Positions 29,507 through 42,950 of a stretch of 64,000 nucleotides of DNA are shown piece after piece. The DNA comes from Gammaproteobacteria bacterium (GTDB taxonomy: Bacteria; Pseudomonadota; Gammaproteobacteria; GCA-002705445; GCA-002716945). Position numbers and translations under genes: made by a program. The first letter of the stretch is position 1. Every line of letters starts with the position of its first letter. The notes below the pieces were generated by a model. The model had not been told where the DNA came from. It saw only the letters and a program-made list of their open reading frames with translations, and did not search any database. The stretch covers positions 3,296 to 67,295 of the forward strand of contig JABIVC010000013.1 of assembly GCA_018667355.1 (NCBI GenBank). Reading direction: 5' to 3'.

Positions 29507-31207
29507 TTACTTTTTAAAATTTTTGAGAATCTGTTTTTCACTATCAGTCAGATCTTTGCCATCCGAAAACTTTTTAAGTATATCAAAATATTGAGATTCT
29601 TGATTTTTTTCCTCAGCATTATTAATTATAGAATTAATAGTCTGCTCAGCAGACTCCACATTTTTATACATGACCTTCTCTGAAGAATATTTCAAAAATA
29701 GATCTTTTTTTACCCCATCCATCTCTAAAAACTTATTAAGCTGAAAAGTATTATTTATTTTCATATCCTCTATCAACTTAAGCATTTCTTTAACATGATT
29801 ATTTTTTATCAAATTAATGATTATTTTCTTGAACTTGCTTAATAATATAGGATGTTCTAAAAAAATTGACAATATCAAAGCATCTGTTAAATCTAATTCA
29901 TCTAACACTACTTCATTTTTTACAAAACTTTTTGTTGTATCTTTTTCTTTTGAAAATAAATCAGTTTCTGAAAGTTTTGTTAGATTAAGTAATTTCTCTT
30001 TTAGTAGCTTTTTATATAAACCATTTGGGATCGACTCAATTAATGGAGTAATATTTTTTACAAAAGTTGTTTTATCTTCGACCTTATCTAAATCCAAATT
30101 TTTTCTTATATTATCAAACATGAATTCGGATAAAGCTGTATTTTTAGAAATAATAGTTTTAAATATATCCACATTTTCATTACATAACTCATCAGGATCT
30201 TTCCCATCTGTTATAAAGCTAAATCCAATACTTACACCATCTCTAATCTCTGGGAGACAGTTTACAAGTGCTTTCCATGCTGCTTTTTGACCTGCGGTAT
30301 CACCATCAAAACAAAAGACTATGTTTTTACTATATCTTAGTAGTTTATTTATATGAAATTTAGTAAATGCGGTACCAAGAGCAGCAACTGCATTTTTAAT
30401 TCCATTTTGATGGAGAGCTATTACATCAGTATATCCTTCTACAACTATTATCTGATCGATTTTATTTATGTATTGTTTAGACTCAAATAATCCATAAAGC
30501 TCAGAACTTTTGTAAAATAATTTAGACTCGGGAGAATTTATATATTTAGCATTATCTTCTTTACTTAAAGCTCTTCCACCAAATGCAATAATATTTCCTG
30601 ATGTGTTTCTAATAGGAAACATTATTCTATTTCTAAAACGATCATAGACCTTATCTTTATTTTTAACTAATAAACCAAGATCAATTCCTTCTTTTATCTT
30701 CTTTTCTTTAGTTAATAGTTCTGCAATATTATCCCAGCTATCTTTTGATAGCCCAAGATTAAAGATTTTAATCATTTCTTCGTTTATATTTCTTTGTAGA
30801 AGATACTTTTTTGCAATATAGTCATCTTTTAAATTATTTTCATATTGCTGATTAACTAAATTATTTATATCTAATAATATTTTACTATTATTATTACTCT
30901 TAATTTCATTTCCTTTCGGTATCTCTATATTTGCCATATGAGCTAATTTTTCAATTGCTTCAATAAACGTTAGACCGTCATGTTCTCTCAGAAATTTAAT
31001 TGCATCTCCTGAAGCACCACACCCAAAACAGTGATAAAATTGTTTTGTGTTAGATACATTAAATGATGGAGTGTTTTCAGAGTGAAATGGGCAAAGACCT
31101 TTATAACCATTTCCATGCTTTTTTAATTGAACAACATTCCCTATTACTTCAACAATATCGATTCTCGAGAGTAAATCATCGATGAACGCTCTATCAAGAT
31201 TACTCAT
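29507..31207 (-). CDS. dnaG: DNA primase
   Basis: CPFHSENTPSF...CFGC zinc domain, DRFRNRIMFPI, KYINSPE, TOPRIM VEGYTD and FDGD.AG. Confidence 0.97.
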   Translation of the reverse strand: MSNLDRAFIDDLLSRIDIVEVIGNVVQLKKHGNGYKGLCPFHSENTPSFNVSNTKQFYHCFGCGASGDAIKFLREHDGLTFIEAIEKLAHMANIEIPKGNEIKSNNNSKILLDINNLVNQQYENNLKDDYIAKKYLLQRNINEEMIKIFNLGLSKDSWDNIAELLTKEKKIKEGIDLGLLVKNKDKVYDRFRNRIMFPIRNTSGNIIAFGGRALSKEDNAKYINSPESKLFYKSSELYGLFESKQYINKIDQIIVVEGYTDVIALHQNGIKNAVAALGTAFTKFHINKLLRYSKNIVFCFDGDTAGQKAAWKALVNCLPEIRDGVSIGFSFITDGKDPDELCNENVDIFKTIISKNTALSEFMFDNIRKNLDLDKVEDKTTFVKNITPLIESIPNGLYKKLLKEKLLNLTKLSETDLFSKEKDTTKSFVKNEVVLDELDLTDALILSIFLEHPILLSKFKKIIINLIKNNHVKEMLKLIEDMKINNTFQLNKFLEMDGVKKDLFLKYSSEKVMYKNVESAEQTINSIINNAEEKNQESQYFDILKKFSDGKDLTDSEKQILKNFKK

Positions 31208-31208
31208 A

Positions 31209-34200
31209 TTATGCAGCCTTATTTAGTAACGCTAATAAAACTTTAAAATCAGAAGCTTTTGGTTTTATTATTACAAACTTATCAAGTTCTTGTTTATAGT
31301 TTGAAATAATAGATTTAGCAAGATGACTACCTGTATCTTTAGAGTATTCTTTTAATATTTTTAATAAATATTTTTTATGTTCTCCAAACATTGCCTCTGA
31401 TAGTTTTGCCATTTCTACCGAACTTACATTAATTTTTTTAGAAAAAGTATTATCCTTATCATAGACAAAAGACAAACCTCCTGTCATACCAGCACCAAAA
31501 TTATTGCCTGTTTTACCTAATACTATAATGGCACCACCAGTCATATATTCGCATGTATGATCTCCGCTACCTTCTATTACAGATGTACATCCTGAGTTCC
31601 TAACGCCAAATCTCTCTCCAGCAATACCTTCTGCAAAAAGCTTCCCGCCTGTGGCACCATATAAGCACGTATTACCAATTATAATCATTTTTTGTGCTGA
31701 CTCTTTTAATATTTTTGGAGCTTTCACAATAATCTTTCCGCTGGCCATACCTTTGCCAACATAATCATTTGCGTCACCTGTTAAAGTTATATTTAGGCCA
31801 CCTGCATTCCAAGCGCCAAGGCTTTGTCCAGCTGTACCTTCCAGCTGTAATTTGATTGGTTTGGTTTTTAAACCATAGTTGCCATATAAGCGTGCAATTT
31901 CCCCTGAAATGTTAGCACCAATACTTCTATTAAAATTTTTTATCTTATAAGACAATGTTACCGTTTGTTTTTTATTTATAAATGGTAGAGCATCTTTTAA
32001 TATCTTTTTTGCTAAGACAGCTTTATCAAACGGTCTGTTAGATTTAGTAGTACAGTGTTTCGGACTATCATTTTTGACTGAGACTAGTAACTTATTTAAG
32101 TTTAGTTTTTTATGCTTATCTGTATTACCTTTAACTTGTTTTAACAAATCTACTCTACCTATAATTTCACTTAATGAAGTAAACCCAAGCTCCGCAAGTA
32201 TCTCTCTTACATCTTGGGCAACAAATTTAAAATAATTTACTACTCTATCTGGGCTACCACTAAAATGTTTCATACGAAGAATCTTATTTTGTGTAGCAAC
32301 ACCTGTCGCACAATTATTTAAATGGCAAATCCTTAAATATTTACAACCTAAAGCAACCATCACTGATGTCCCAAAACCAAAACTTTCCGCTCCAAGCATT
32401 GCTCCTTTCACGATATCTAACCCTGTCTTCAAACCACCATCTGTTTGTAGTCTAACTTTATGTCTTAAGTTGTTCATCATCAAAGTTTGATGTGCTTCAC
32501 TTATTCCTAATTCCCATGGACTACCAGCATATTTAACTGAAGTTAATGGGCTAGCACCAGTTCCTCCATCATATCCAGAGATAGTAATTAAATCTGCATA
32601 CGCTTTAGCTACACCTGCTGCAATAGTTCCAACACCTGCTTGTGAAACTAATTTAACTGATATTAAGGCTTTACTATTTACTTGTTTAAGATCAAAGATA
32701 AGTTGAGCTAAATCTTCTATTGAATATATGTCATGATGCGGTGGTGGTGAAATCAAGGTTACTCCAGGCACAGAAAATCTTAGTTCTGCAATCATTTCAT
32801 TGACTTTATCTCCTGGGAGTTGACCACCTTCTCCTGGTTTCGCTCCTTGGGCAATTTTTATCTGAATTACTTCTGCATTTACCAGATAATGAGGAGTTAC
32901 GCCGAACCTTCCAGAGGCAACTTGCTTGATTTTTGATGTCTTATCAGTATTAAATCTCCTCTTATCTTCCCCTCCTTCTCCTGAATTAGAACGCCCTCCC
33001 AAAGTATTCATTGCAATCGCTAATGCTTCGTGAGCTTCTGGCGATAAAGCGCCCAAAGACATTCCTGCTGTATCAAACCTATGAAAGATTTTTCTAATCG
33101 GTTCAACTTTTGATATAGAAATTTTCTTTGAACTCGATTTTAGAGATAGTAAATCACGCATGAAACTAGGGTCTCTTCCATTAACTAATTCAGCATATGT
33201 CTTGTAGTCCTCATAATTACCCGTACTAACGCACTCCTGTAAAGACTTTACAATGTTCGGGTTATAATCATGATGTTCTTCGCTATGTACATATTTTAAA
33301 AGACCACCTGTTTTAATTTCTTTAGATACATCCCATGCTGTAAGCCTATTTTCCTCTAAATCTTTTTGGACATCTGAAAAATCTGAACCAGAAACACGAC
33401 TAATGGTATCTTTGAAGCACAAATCAATAACTTTTTCATGCAACCCTACAATTTCAAATAATTGAGCGCCTCTATAACTAGAGATACATGATATACCCAT
33501 TTTTGACATTATTTTCAATATACCTTTGTTTATTCCTTTTACATAATTGCCTAAGGATTCTCCATATTCTTTAGGTGATATTTTATTTTTACATACCATT
33601 TCATTTAGTATTTCGTATGCTAAATATGGGTATATAGCAGTAGCCCCATATCCTATAAGTACAGCATAATGATGTGGATTTCTAGCAGATCCAGTTTCTA
33701 TAATTAGATTTGTATCACATCTTAGGCCAGCGTCTATAAGCTTGTGATGCACTGCACCCACGGCCATTGGAGCTGGAATTATTAATTGGTTCTGGCTAAT
33801 TTTTTTATCAGATAAAACTATAGTTATATTCCCTTTTTTCACACTTCTTATTGCACGGTCACATATTGTATTAATTGCTTCTTCTAAATCTAATGAGCAA
33901 TCATAATTTAAATCAATAACATCATGAGGATATTTTTTTTGTTTAGAGGCCAATATTGAGACATAAGTTTGTCTATCTAAAACAGGACAAGGAAGTATTA
34001 ACCTATCAGCATGCATTGAAGATTCTTCAAATAAATTTCTTTCTTTCCCAAAACATACTTCAAGTGACATAACACTAGCTTCTCTTAATGGGTCTATAGG
34101 AGGATTAGTTACTTGAGCAAACTGTTGTCTAAAATAATCATATATTGATCTATTATGCTTCGATAAAACTGGCATGGGAGTATCATCACCCATGGAACCT

Positions 34201-35663
34201 GTTGCTTCTTGCCCAAGTTCTCCTAGAGGAGCTATTATTTCTTTTTCCTCTTCAAAAGAAACGGAAAAAGATTTTTTATATACAAGTAATTCATTAGCTG
34301 TAAAATTCAGAGGCTTTTCTTTTTTAGCTACATAGTATGGTGTTTTTACAGAATATTTTTTAAGCCAGGATAAGTAGGGATGTCTATCTTTTAAAATATG
34401 ATCTATTTGCTCTGTTAATAAAATTTCACCTTTTTCAGTATCTACTGCTAACATTTCACCTGGCGCTAATCTACCTTTCTCAATAATATCTTCACTCTTA
34501 TAATCATAAACTCCAATCTCAGATGCTAATGTTATATGACGATCTTTTGTTATTACGTATCTCGCTGGCCTCAATCCATTCCTGTCTAATGCACATGCAG
34601 CATACCTTCCGTCTGTGAGAACAATTCCTGCTGGACCATCCCATGGTTCCATATGCATAGAATGATACTCATAGCATGCTTTTAGTTTTTCATTGAGATT
34701 ATTATTATTTTGCCATGCTGGAGGCATTAATGTTCTCATTGCTCTGAATATACCCATGTCACCAGCTAATAAAAATTCCAACATATTATCCAATGTATAT
34801 GAATCAGAATCAGTCCTTGAAATCAAAGGGTGCAGTTTATTTAATTCTGGCAGAGATTCAATATTAAGTTTATTACGTCTAGCTAAATACCAATTTCTAT
34901 TTCCTTGAATTGTATTAATCTCTCCATTATGTGCAAGATATCTGAATGGCTGAGCTAATTTCCATTGAGGCAACGTATTGGTTGAGAATCTTTGATGAAA
35001 AACACATAAAGATGTTTTCATTTTTCCATTAGTCAAATCAGGATAGAAGTCTTTGATATGATCAGAGATTATTAATCCTTTATAAGAAATAACTTTTGAA
35101 GATAGACTGGGTATATAGAAAACTTCGTCATCACTTAAAATCTTTTCTGTCTGCACTCTGGCAATATATAATTTTTTTTCAAATTCAGTGTCTAACATTT
35201 CATCAGGAGCTGTAACAATAACCTGTTTTATTATTGGAAGACTTGACAAGGCGTCTTTCCCACACGCATTTTCATTTATAGGAACATTTCTCCAACCCGC
35301 TACATTTAAACCTAGCTTTCTTAGCTGAAAATGCAGTGTTTCCATGCATTTTTTTTGATTCCTTTTCTCTAAAAAAACTGGGCCAAATGCATAATTTAAA
35401 CCCAATTTTATACCCATATCCTTAGCCAAATCTCTAAAGAATGAGTCAGGTTTTTTTATCAGCAATCCACACCCATCACTGGTTTTACCATCATCAGAAA
35501 TAGCACCCCTATGAGTTAGTCTTTGGAGTGCTTTTATACTTGTATCTATAACCCAATGCGATGGAATATCATCCATTTGTGTTATTAACCCAAAACCACA
35601 ATTATCCCTTTCAAATAGAGGGTTATAAAGACCATTTTCACTATGTTTGAACTTATTTTTCAT
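31209..35663 (-). CDS. gltB: Glutamate synthase large subunit
   Basis: ERDNCGFG, HQRFSTNT, EPWDGPA, QVASGRFGV, AQGAKPGEGGQLP, CHLNNCATGVATQ. Confidence 0.98.
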   Translation of the reverse strand: MKNKFKHSENGLYNPLFERDNCGFGLITQMDDIPSHWVIDTSIKALQRLTHRGAISDDGKTSDGCGLLIKKPDSFFRDLAKDMGIKLGLNYAFGPVFLEKRNQKKCMETLHFQLRKLGLNVAGWRNVPINENACGKDALSSLPIIKQVIVTAPDEMLDTEFEKKLYIARVQTEKILSDDEVFYIPSLSSKVISYKGLIISDHIKDFYPDLTNGKMKTSLCVFHQRFSTNTLPQWKLAQPFRYLAHNGEINTIQGNRNWYLARRNKLNIESLPELNKLHPLISRTDSDSYTLDNMLEFLLAGDMGIFRAMRTLMPPAWQNNNNLNEKLKACYEYHSMHMEPWDGPAGIVLTDGRYAACALDRNGLRPARYVITKDRHITLASEIGVYDYKSEDIIEKGRLAPGEMLAVDTEKGEILLTEQIDHILKDRHPYLSWLKKYSVKTPYYVAKKEKPLNFTANELLVYKKSFSVSFEEEKEIIAPLGELGQEATGSMGDDTPMPVLSKHNRSIYDYFRQQFAQVTNPPIDPLREASVMSLEVCFGKERNLFEESSMHADRLILPCPVLDRQTYVSILASKQKKYPHDVIDLNYDCSLDLEEAINTICDRAIRSVKKGNITIVLSDKKISQNQLIIPAPMAVGAVHHKLIDAGLRCDTNLIIETGSARNPHHYAVLIGYGATAIYPYLAYEILNEMVCKNKISPKEYGESLGNYVKGINKGILKIMSKMGISCISSYRGAQLFEIVGLHEKVIDLCFKDTISRVSGSDFSDVQKDLEENRLTAWDVSKEIKTGGLLKYVHSEEHHDYNPNIVKSLQECVSTGNYEDYKTYAELVNGRDPSFMRDLLSLKSSSKKISISKVEPIRKIFHRFDTAGMSLGALSPEAHEALAIAMNTLGGRSNSGEGGEDKRRFNTDKTSKIKQVASGRFGVTPHYLVNAEVIQIKIAQGAKPGEGGQLPGDKVNEMIAELRFSVPGVTLISPPPHHDIYSIEDLAQLIFDLKQVNSKALISVKLVSQAGVGTIAAGVAKAYADLITISGYDGGTGASPLTSVKYAGSPWELGISEAHQTLMMNNLRHKVRLQTDGGLKTGLDIVKGAMLGAESFGFGTSVMVALGCKYLRICHLNNCATGVATQNKILRMKHFSGSPDRVVNYFKFVAQDVREILAELGFTSLSEIIGRVDLLKQVKGNTDKHKKLNLNKLLVSVKNDSPKHCTTKSNRPFDKAVLAKKILKDALPFINKKQTVTLSYKIKNFNRSIGANISGEIARLYGNYGLKTKPIKLQLEGTAGQSLGAWNAGGLNITLTGDANDYVGKGMASGKIIVKAPKILKESAQKMIIIGNTCLYGATGGKLFAEGIAGERFGVRNSGCTSVIEGSGDHTCEYMTGGAIIVLGKTGNNFGAGMTGGLSFVYDKDNTFSKKINVSSVEMAKLSEAMFGEHKKYLLKILKEYSKDTGSHLAKSIISNYKQELDKFVIIKPKASDFKVLLALLNKAA

Positions 35664-35695
35664 ATCAGTTAGATATTAGCATATTATTTATGCAT

Positions 35696-36772
35696 TTATG
35701 CTCGAAAAGTTTTAAGCAGTTCCAGGATATATTTGTCAGTTATACTATCATCTATGCAACATGAACCAATCGATGTGAGCAAAACAAAATTAATCTTACC
35801 CTGCCTATTCTTTTTATCATATTTCATATGTTTCACTATATTTGCAGCCGTGACAGGGGAGGGTATCGTTATTGGGAGCAAGAAATTAGTTAAAGTATTT
35901 TCTATTAGATTAAACTCATCAATATTCAGACCATTCTTCTCTACAGATATTGCTGAGGCAAATAACATTCCTATGCTAACGGCTTCCCCATGACTAATCC
36001 CTTTATAATTAAGAGATGACTCTATTGCATGTCCTAAGGTATGACCAAAATTAAGGTGAGCTCTTATACCTGACTCTCTTTCATCTTTTTGTACAACAGA
36101 AACCTTGGCTTTAACTGATGTTGTAATTAATTTAATTAAACTATTAGAATCCCTATCCAGTATTCGTTCAGAGTTTTTATTTAACCATTTTAAGAATAAT
36201 TTATCACCAATTACCCCATATTTAACTACTTCAGATAATCCTGAGATAAATTCTTTTCTAGGTAGCGTCTTTAGATAATTTGTATCTATAAAAATTGCAA
36301 CAGGATGTTTGAAACTGCCAATAAGATTTTTACCAAATTTATGGTTTACACCAGTTTTCCCACCAATAGAAGAATCAACTTGCGATAGTAATGTTGTTGG
36401 AATATGGATTAAGTTGACTCCCCTGAGAAAGGTATCTGATGCAAAGCCTGCAAGATCACCTATAACACCACCACCTAAGGCAATCACAGTTAAATCTCTA
36501 TTAAATTTATTTTTAATTAAAAAATCATGTATTTTGTTAAGAGATGAAATATTTTTATATTTCTCTCCATCAGGAAATATAATAGTTTTTACATTAAAAG
36601 CTTTTAGAGACTTCTTAAGGTTACTTAGATGAAGTTTAGCTACTTTGGTATTAGTTATTATAACTATATCTTTATAATTAATATATTTAGCAATAGAAAT
36701 TTTATCGCATACATCATTACCTACAATTATAGGTATATTCTTACCATCAATCTTAAATAAAATTTTTTTCAT
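35696..36772 (-). CDS. aroB: 3-dehydroquinate synthase
   Basis: DGEKYK, ALGGGVIGDLAGF, PTTLLSQVDSSIGGKTG, LNFGHTLGHAIE, HGEAV. Confidence 0.96.
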   Translation of the reverse strand: MKKILFKIDGKNIPIIVGNDVCDKISIAKYINYKDIVIITNTKVAKLHLSNLKKSLKAFNVKTIIFPDGEKYKNISSLNKIHDFLIKNKFNRDLTVIALGGGVIGDLAGFASDTFLRGVNLIHIPTTLLSQVDSSIGGKTGVNHKFGKNLIGSFKHPVAIFIDTNYLKTLPRKEFISGLSEVVKYGVIGDKLFLKWLNKNSERILDRDSNSLIKLITTSVKAKVSVVQKDERESGIRAHLNFGHTLGHAIESSLNYKGISHGEAVSIGMLFASAISVEKNGLNIDEFNLIENTLTNFLLPITIPSPVTAANIVKHMKYDKKNRQGKINFVLLTSIGSCCIDDSITDKYILELLKTFRA

Positions 36773-37275
36773 ATAATTTTCTGTATCTCTCTAATAATCT
36801 GAGATTTTTCTTTTCCAGATACATCTATTATATAGTTAGAAACTTTTTTATATATAGGATCCCTTACTTTTTTTAAAGATATTAAATTATCTTCTAAATC
36901 CTTGTCATTAAGCAGGGGCCTATTTTTTCTATTTCTTACACGTTCTATTTGACAACTAATATTAATATCTAAGAAAATTACACGCCCAAGTTCTTTAATT
37001 AAACCTATATTATTATGCCTTAGAACTATACCCCCGCCTGTAGAAATAACATGATTTCTAATAGTATTCATTTTTATCAATTGCTCGCTTTCTAGCTCCC
37101 TAAAGTATTCTTCACCAAATTTCTCAAAGATATCAGGAATGCTATAGCCACTACTCCTTATTATTTCATGATCAGTATCAAGAAAAGATAAGTTATTATT
37201 CTTTGCCAGTATTTTTCCTATAGAAGTTTTTCCACAGCCCATAGAGCCAATAATAAATATATTTCTAAAATCCAT
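36769..37275 (-). CDS. aroK: Shikimate kinase
   Basis: GSMGCGKTSIG, DTD, GEEYFRELE, STGGG, RPLL. Confidence 0.95.
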   Translation of the reverse strand: MDFRNIFIIGSMGCGKTSIGKILAKNNNLSFLDTDHEIIRSSGYSIPDIFEKFGEEYFRELESEQLIKMNTIRNHVISTGGGIVLRHNNIGLIKELGRVIFLDINISCQIERVRNRKNRPLLNDKDLEDNLISLKKVRDPIYKKVSNYIIDVSGKEKSQIIREIQKII

Positions 37276-37279
37276 GATT

Positions 37280-39758
<2,479 letters not shown>

Positions 39759-39825
39759 CTAAAATTATACTATATATAGGTTAGATAACTAGCTTATTGC
39801 AGGACTTTGTTTTTAGTTAAACCAA

Positions 39826-40281
39826 TTAACTATTTAAAAGCTGCTTAACATGCTTGCTCACCAACGACATATTAGCGCTATTCCCATGAGTTTTTTTAAC
39901 ATCAGCCATTACTTTACCCATATCCTTAATTGAAGTTGCTTTACAATTTTCTATTGATAATTTCACTACATTTATTATTGCTTCTTCTGTCATCTCTTCC
40001 GGCAAATATATGCTGATAATATCAATTTCTTTCTTTTCTTTGGCAGCTAAATCGGTTCTACCAGCTTTTGTAAACTGTTCAAATGATTCTTGGTTTCTCT
40101 TAAGAACTTTTTTTATCACTTGTATGGTCTGACTTTCAGAAAGAATTATATTTTTATCTTTCTCTTCTTGCTTTATAAATGATGATGCAAATCTGAGAAT
40201 CTCAACTTTGTCTTTTTCACCAGACTTCATAAAACGAATGAGATCTTCTTGTATTTTTGATTTGGTTAATTGATTAGACAT
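39826..40281 (-). CDS. GatB/YqeY domain protein
   Basis: ESFEQF.KAGR.DLA.KE..EI.I...YLP, SIKDMGKVM; downstream of rpsU. Confidence 0.9.
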   Translation of the reverse strand: MSNQLTKSKIQEDLIRFMKSGEKDKVEILRFASSFIKQEEKDKNIILSESQTIQVIKKVLKRNQESFEQFTKAGRTDLAAKEKKEIDIISIYLPEEMTEEAIINVVKLSIENCKATSIKDMGKVMADVKKTHGNSANMSLVSKHVKQLLNS

Positions 40282-40288
40282 CAATAAT

Positions 40289-40513
40289 TTAGAATTTTTT
40301 ATATGGAGGCTTTTTTCTTATTGCTGACATACTAACTTTTCTTTTATGTCTTTTTGTTGCAGCTGCATCCTTTCTTTTTCTCATAGCAGTTGGTTTCTCA
40401 TAAAATTCTCTTCTACGAGTTTCAGTTAAAATCCCAGCTTTTTCACAGCCACGTTTAAACCTTCTCAAGGCTATTTCAAACGGCTCATTTTCTCTTATTT
40501 GTACACTTGGCAT
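40289..40513 (-). CDS. rpsU: 30S ribosomal protein S21
   Basis: [39 protein letters not shown]. Confidence 0.97.
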   Translation of the reverse strand: MPSVQIRENEPFEIALRRFKRGCEKAGILTETRRREFYEKPTAMRKRKDAAATKRHKRKVSMSAIRKKPPYKKF

Positions 40514-40599
40514 ATAATTATTTAAAATAGTTTATAATGGCGTAATATTACTAGATATTATTAATAAAGCAATAGATTTAGAGTAACTTTGAGGTTTAC

Positions 40600-41595
40600 A
40601 TGATAGTTTTAGGTATAGAATCATCCTGTGATGAGACAGGTTTAGCATTATTTGATTCAAAAGATGGAATGATAGGCCATATTGTCAATTCCCAGCATGA
40701 CATACACTCTAAGTATGGTGGAGTTGTCCCTGAGCTTGCTTCAAGAGACCATGTCTTGAAATTAGTCCCATTACTTGATCAGCTATTGAGCCAAAACAAA
40801 ATCTTATTAGAGAATATTAACCTGATTGCGTTTACTAATGGCCCCGGCTTACTTGGCCCTCTCTTGACAGGAGCATCATTTGCAAAATCTTTAGCCTGGT
40901 CGCTTAAAATTAAAGCCATAGAAGTAGATCATCTTGAAGCACATATATTTTCCCCTATGATCACCGAAAAAGAATTAAAACTACCTTTTATTTCATTATT
41001 AGTATCCGGAGGACATACAATATTAACCTTAGTTAAAGATAATTCTAACTACAAGGTTCTTGGGAAGACTCTCGATGATTCTGCAGGAGAAGTTTTTGAT
41101 AAAGTAGCGAGACATCTGGGATTAGCATATCCTGGTGGCCCAGAAATTTCAAAAGTAGCATCAAATATATCTAGCTCATCTTATATATTTCCAAGACCCA
41201 TGATTAAAACGGATTGCTATAATTTTAGTTTTAGTGGGCTCAAGACGCATGTTACTCAGCTAATCAATAAAGTTGAGTTAAATGATTCAATTATAGAGGA
41301 TATAGCCTATGATTTCGAAAATTCTATTATTGATGTTTTAATCTCAAAAACTTTAAGAGCTGCAAGAGAATATAATATTAAAAATATAGTGATCACTGGT
41401 GGCGTTAGTGCGAATAAAAAACTTCGAATGAGATGTGATGCCGAAAAGGGTAAGAATAAGATTTTTTTTCCAAATATAGCTTACAGTACTGATAATGGTG
41501 CAATGATAGCTTACATGGGTTGGTTAAAATCATCAGAAAAATCAGCGAATAATACTCTTGAGATTAACCCAAATCCTTCATCAAGATTCATCTGA
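40600..41595 (+). CDS. tsaD: tRNA N6-threonylcarbamoyltransferase
   Basis: LGIESSCDETG, GGVVPELASRDH, HLEAH, VSGGHT, FSFSGLKT, TDNGAMIA. Confidence 0.96.
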   Translation: MIVLGIESSCDETGLALFDSKDGMIGHIVNSQHDIHSKYGGVVPELASRDHVLKLVPLLDQLLSQNKILLENINLIAFTNGPGLLGPLLTGASFAKSLAWSLKIKAIEVDHLEAHIFSPMITEKELKLPFISLLVSGGHTILTLVKDNSNYKVLGKTLDDSAGEVFDKVARHLGLAYPGGPEISKVASNISSSSYIFPRPMIKTDCYNFSFSGLKTHVTQLINKVELNDSIIEDIAYDFENSIIDVLISKTLRAAREYNIKNIVITGGVSANKKLRMRCDAEKGKNKIFFPNIAYSTDNGAMIAYMGWLKSSEKSANNTLEINPNPSSRFI

Positions 41596-42171
41596 TAAGA
41601 AATTAACAATATTTTTTTTATGAGTCATGAATATAAAAAATACATTAGCGAATGATATAGCTACCATATATATTTCAGCTGATGCAATAAACATAAATAA
41701 TGGCAAGAGTAAAAATCCAATTAGCGCAGACAGCCCAGATACTTTGAAAATGTAATATGTTAATAACCAGGTTATAATTAACAATGCAGCTACTATCGGA
41801 TTAAGCGATAATAATATCCCAATAGAGGTAGCAACACCTTTCCCACCTTTAAAATTTAATGTGACAGGAAATGTATGTCCAACTAATAGAAAAAAAGATA
41901 ATAGGTAAATTTGATAGACTGGTATTGTTGTTTCCATAAGAAATAATACAGGAATAAGGCCTTTTAGACCGTCTCCAACCAAGGTTAAGAAAGCAGCATA
42001 CTTATTACCACTCCTTAATACATTGGTTGCCCCTGGATTTTTAGAACCAAAAGACCTAGGGTCAGGTAAATTAAATAATTTTGCGCTTATAATAGCAAAT
42101 GGTATTGAGCCTATAAGATATAATCCTACAGAAATAATTAGCATTTCTAAGTTGAATATATTTTCTAACAT
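41581..42171 (-). CDS. plsY: Glycerol-3-phosphate acyltransferase
   Basis: GSIPFA, GSKNPGATNVLR, GH.FPV..FKGGKGVAT, H..NI. Confidence 0.95.
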   Translation of the reverse strand: MLENIFNLEMLIISVGLYLIGSIPFAIISAKLFNLPDPRSFGSKNPGATNVLRSGNKYAAFLTLVGDGLKGLIPVLFLMETTIPVYQIYLLSFFLLVGHTFPVTLNFKGGKGVATSIGILLSLNPIVAALLIITWLLTYYIFKVSGLSALIGFLLLPLFMFIASAEIYMVAISFANVFFIFMTHKKNIVNFLSDES

Positions 42172-42223
42172 CTGATTAATATATAATTAATAATAGATTA
42201 ATAATAGTTAAGCTTTAGATAAT

Positions 42224-42949
42224 ATGCACAATTCCAACATTATATTCTTACATGGGTGGCTCTTTGATAGGCGCATTTGGCATAATCTTGATAACTTGTT
42301 TGACGATAGGTTTAATATTTTGATGCATGATTTGCCTGGATATGGTGAAAATAATCTATTAGGGATTAGCTCTCAAAAATACTGCGACAATATCTTTAAA
42401 GGAGCTGAAAAAAATACCACTATAATTGGATATTCATATGGTGGATTATTAGCGTTGAATAGTTTTCAGAATTATCACTCAAATATAAGCAAGGTAGTTT
42501 TAATTAACTGTAACCTTGATGTTAAAAATCATAAAAATAAAATTCTAAATCAAAAAAATATAAAAGCATTAAAAACATCATTGGTAGATAATAAAGATAA
42601 ATCCTTGAAACAGTTCATGTATGAGTGTGTCAAAAATTCTAAATATCATAAAACTGAATACTCAAGCCTTCTAAAAACCTTTCCTAGTGATAGCTTACCC
42701 GAGACTGAAATTTTATTGGAAAATCTTGATGACTTGCTAATTCCAGTAAATATTAACTGTGGTTTTAGCAGACAAAAAGATATACTTTTGATTAATACAA
42801 AGGAAGATAGTTTCATGAGCTCTACAGAGGCATATACAATTAATAATAAAACTATCAGGGATGAGAGTATTTCAAATGTTGGCCATATACCTTTTATATC
42901 TGGAAATAATCAAATATATAATTTAGTAAATACATTCATTAAAAACTAG
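42224..42949 (+). CDS. bioH: Alpha/beta hydrolase, BioH-like pimeloyl-ACP methyl ester esterase
   Basis: FLHGW, DLPGYG, GYSYGG nucleophile elbow, GHIPFIS; next to bioC. Confidence 0.75.
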   Translation: MHNSNIIFLHGWLFDRRIWHNLDNLFDDRFNILMHDLPGYGENNLLGISSQKYCDNIFKGAEKNTTIIGYSYGGLLALNSFQNYHSNISKVVLINCNLDVKNHKNKILNQKNIKALKTSLVDNKDKSLKQFMYECVKNSKYHKTEYSSLLKTFPSDSLPETEILLENLDDLLIPVNINCGFSRQKDILLINTKEDSFMSSTEAYTINNKTIRDESISNVGHIPFISGNNQIYNLVNTFIKN

Positions 42950-42950
42950 A

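Noticed and set aside
40514..40599. Switch from mostly minus-strand to mostly plus-strand genes as a replication origin
   Set aside because: This is the usual divergent rpsU/tsaD spacer of 86 nt and it has no DnaA boxes
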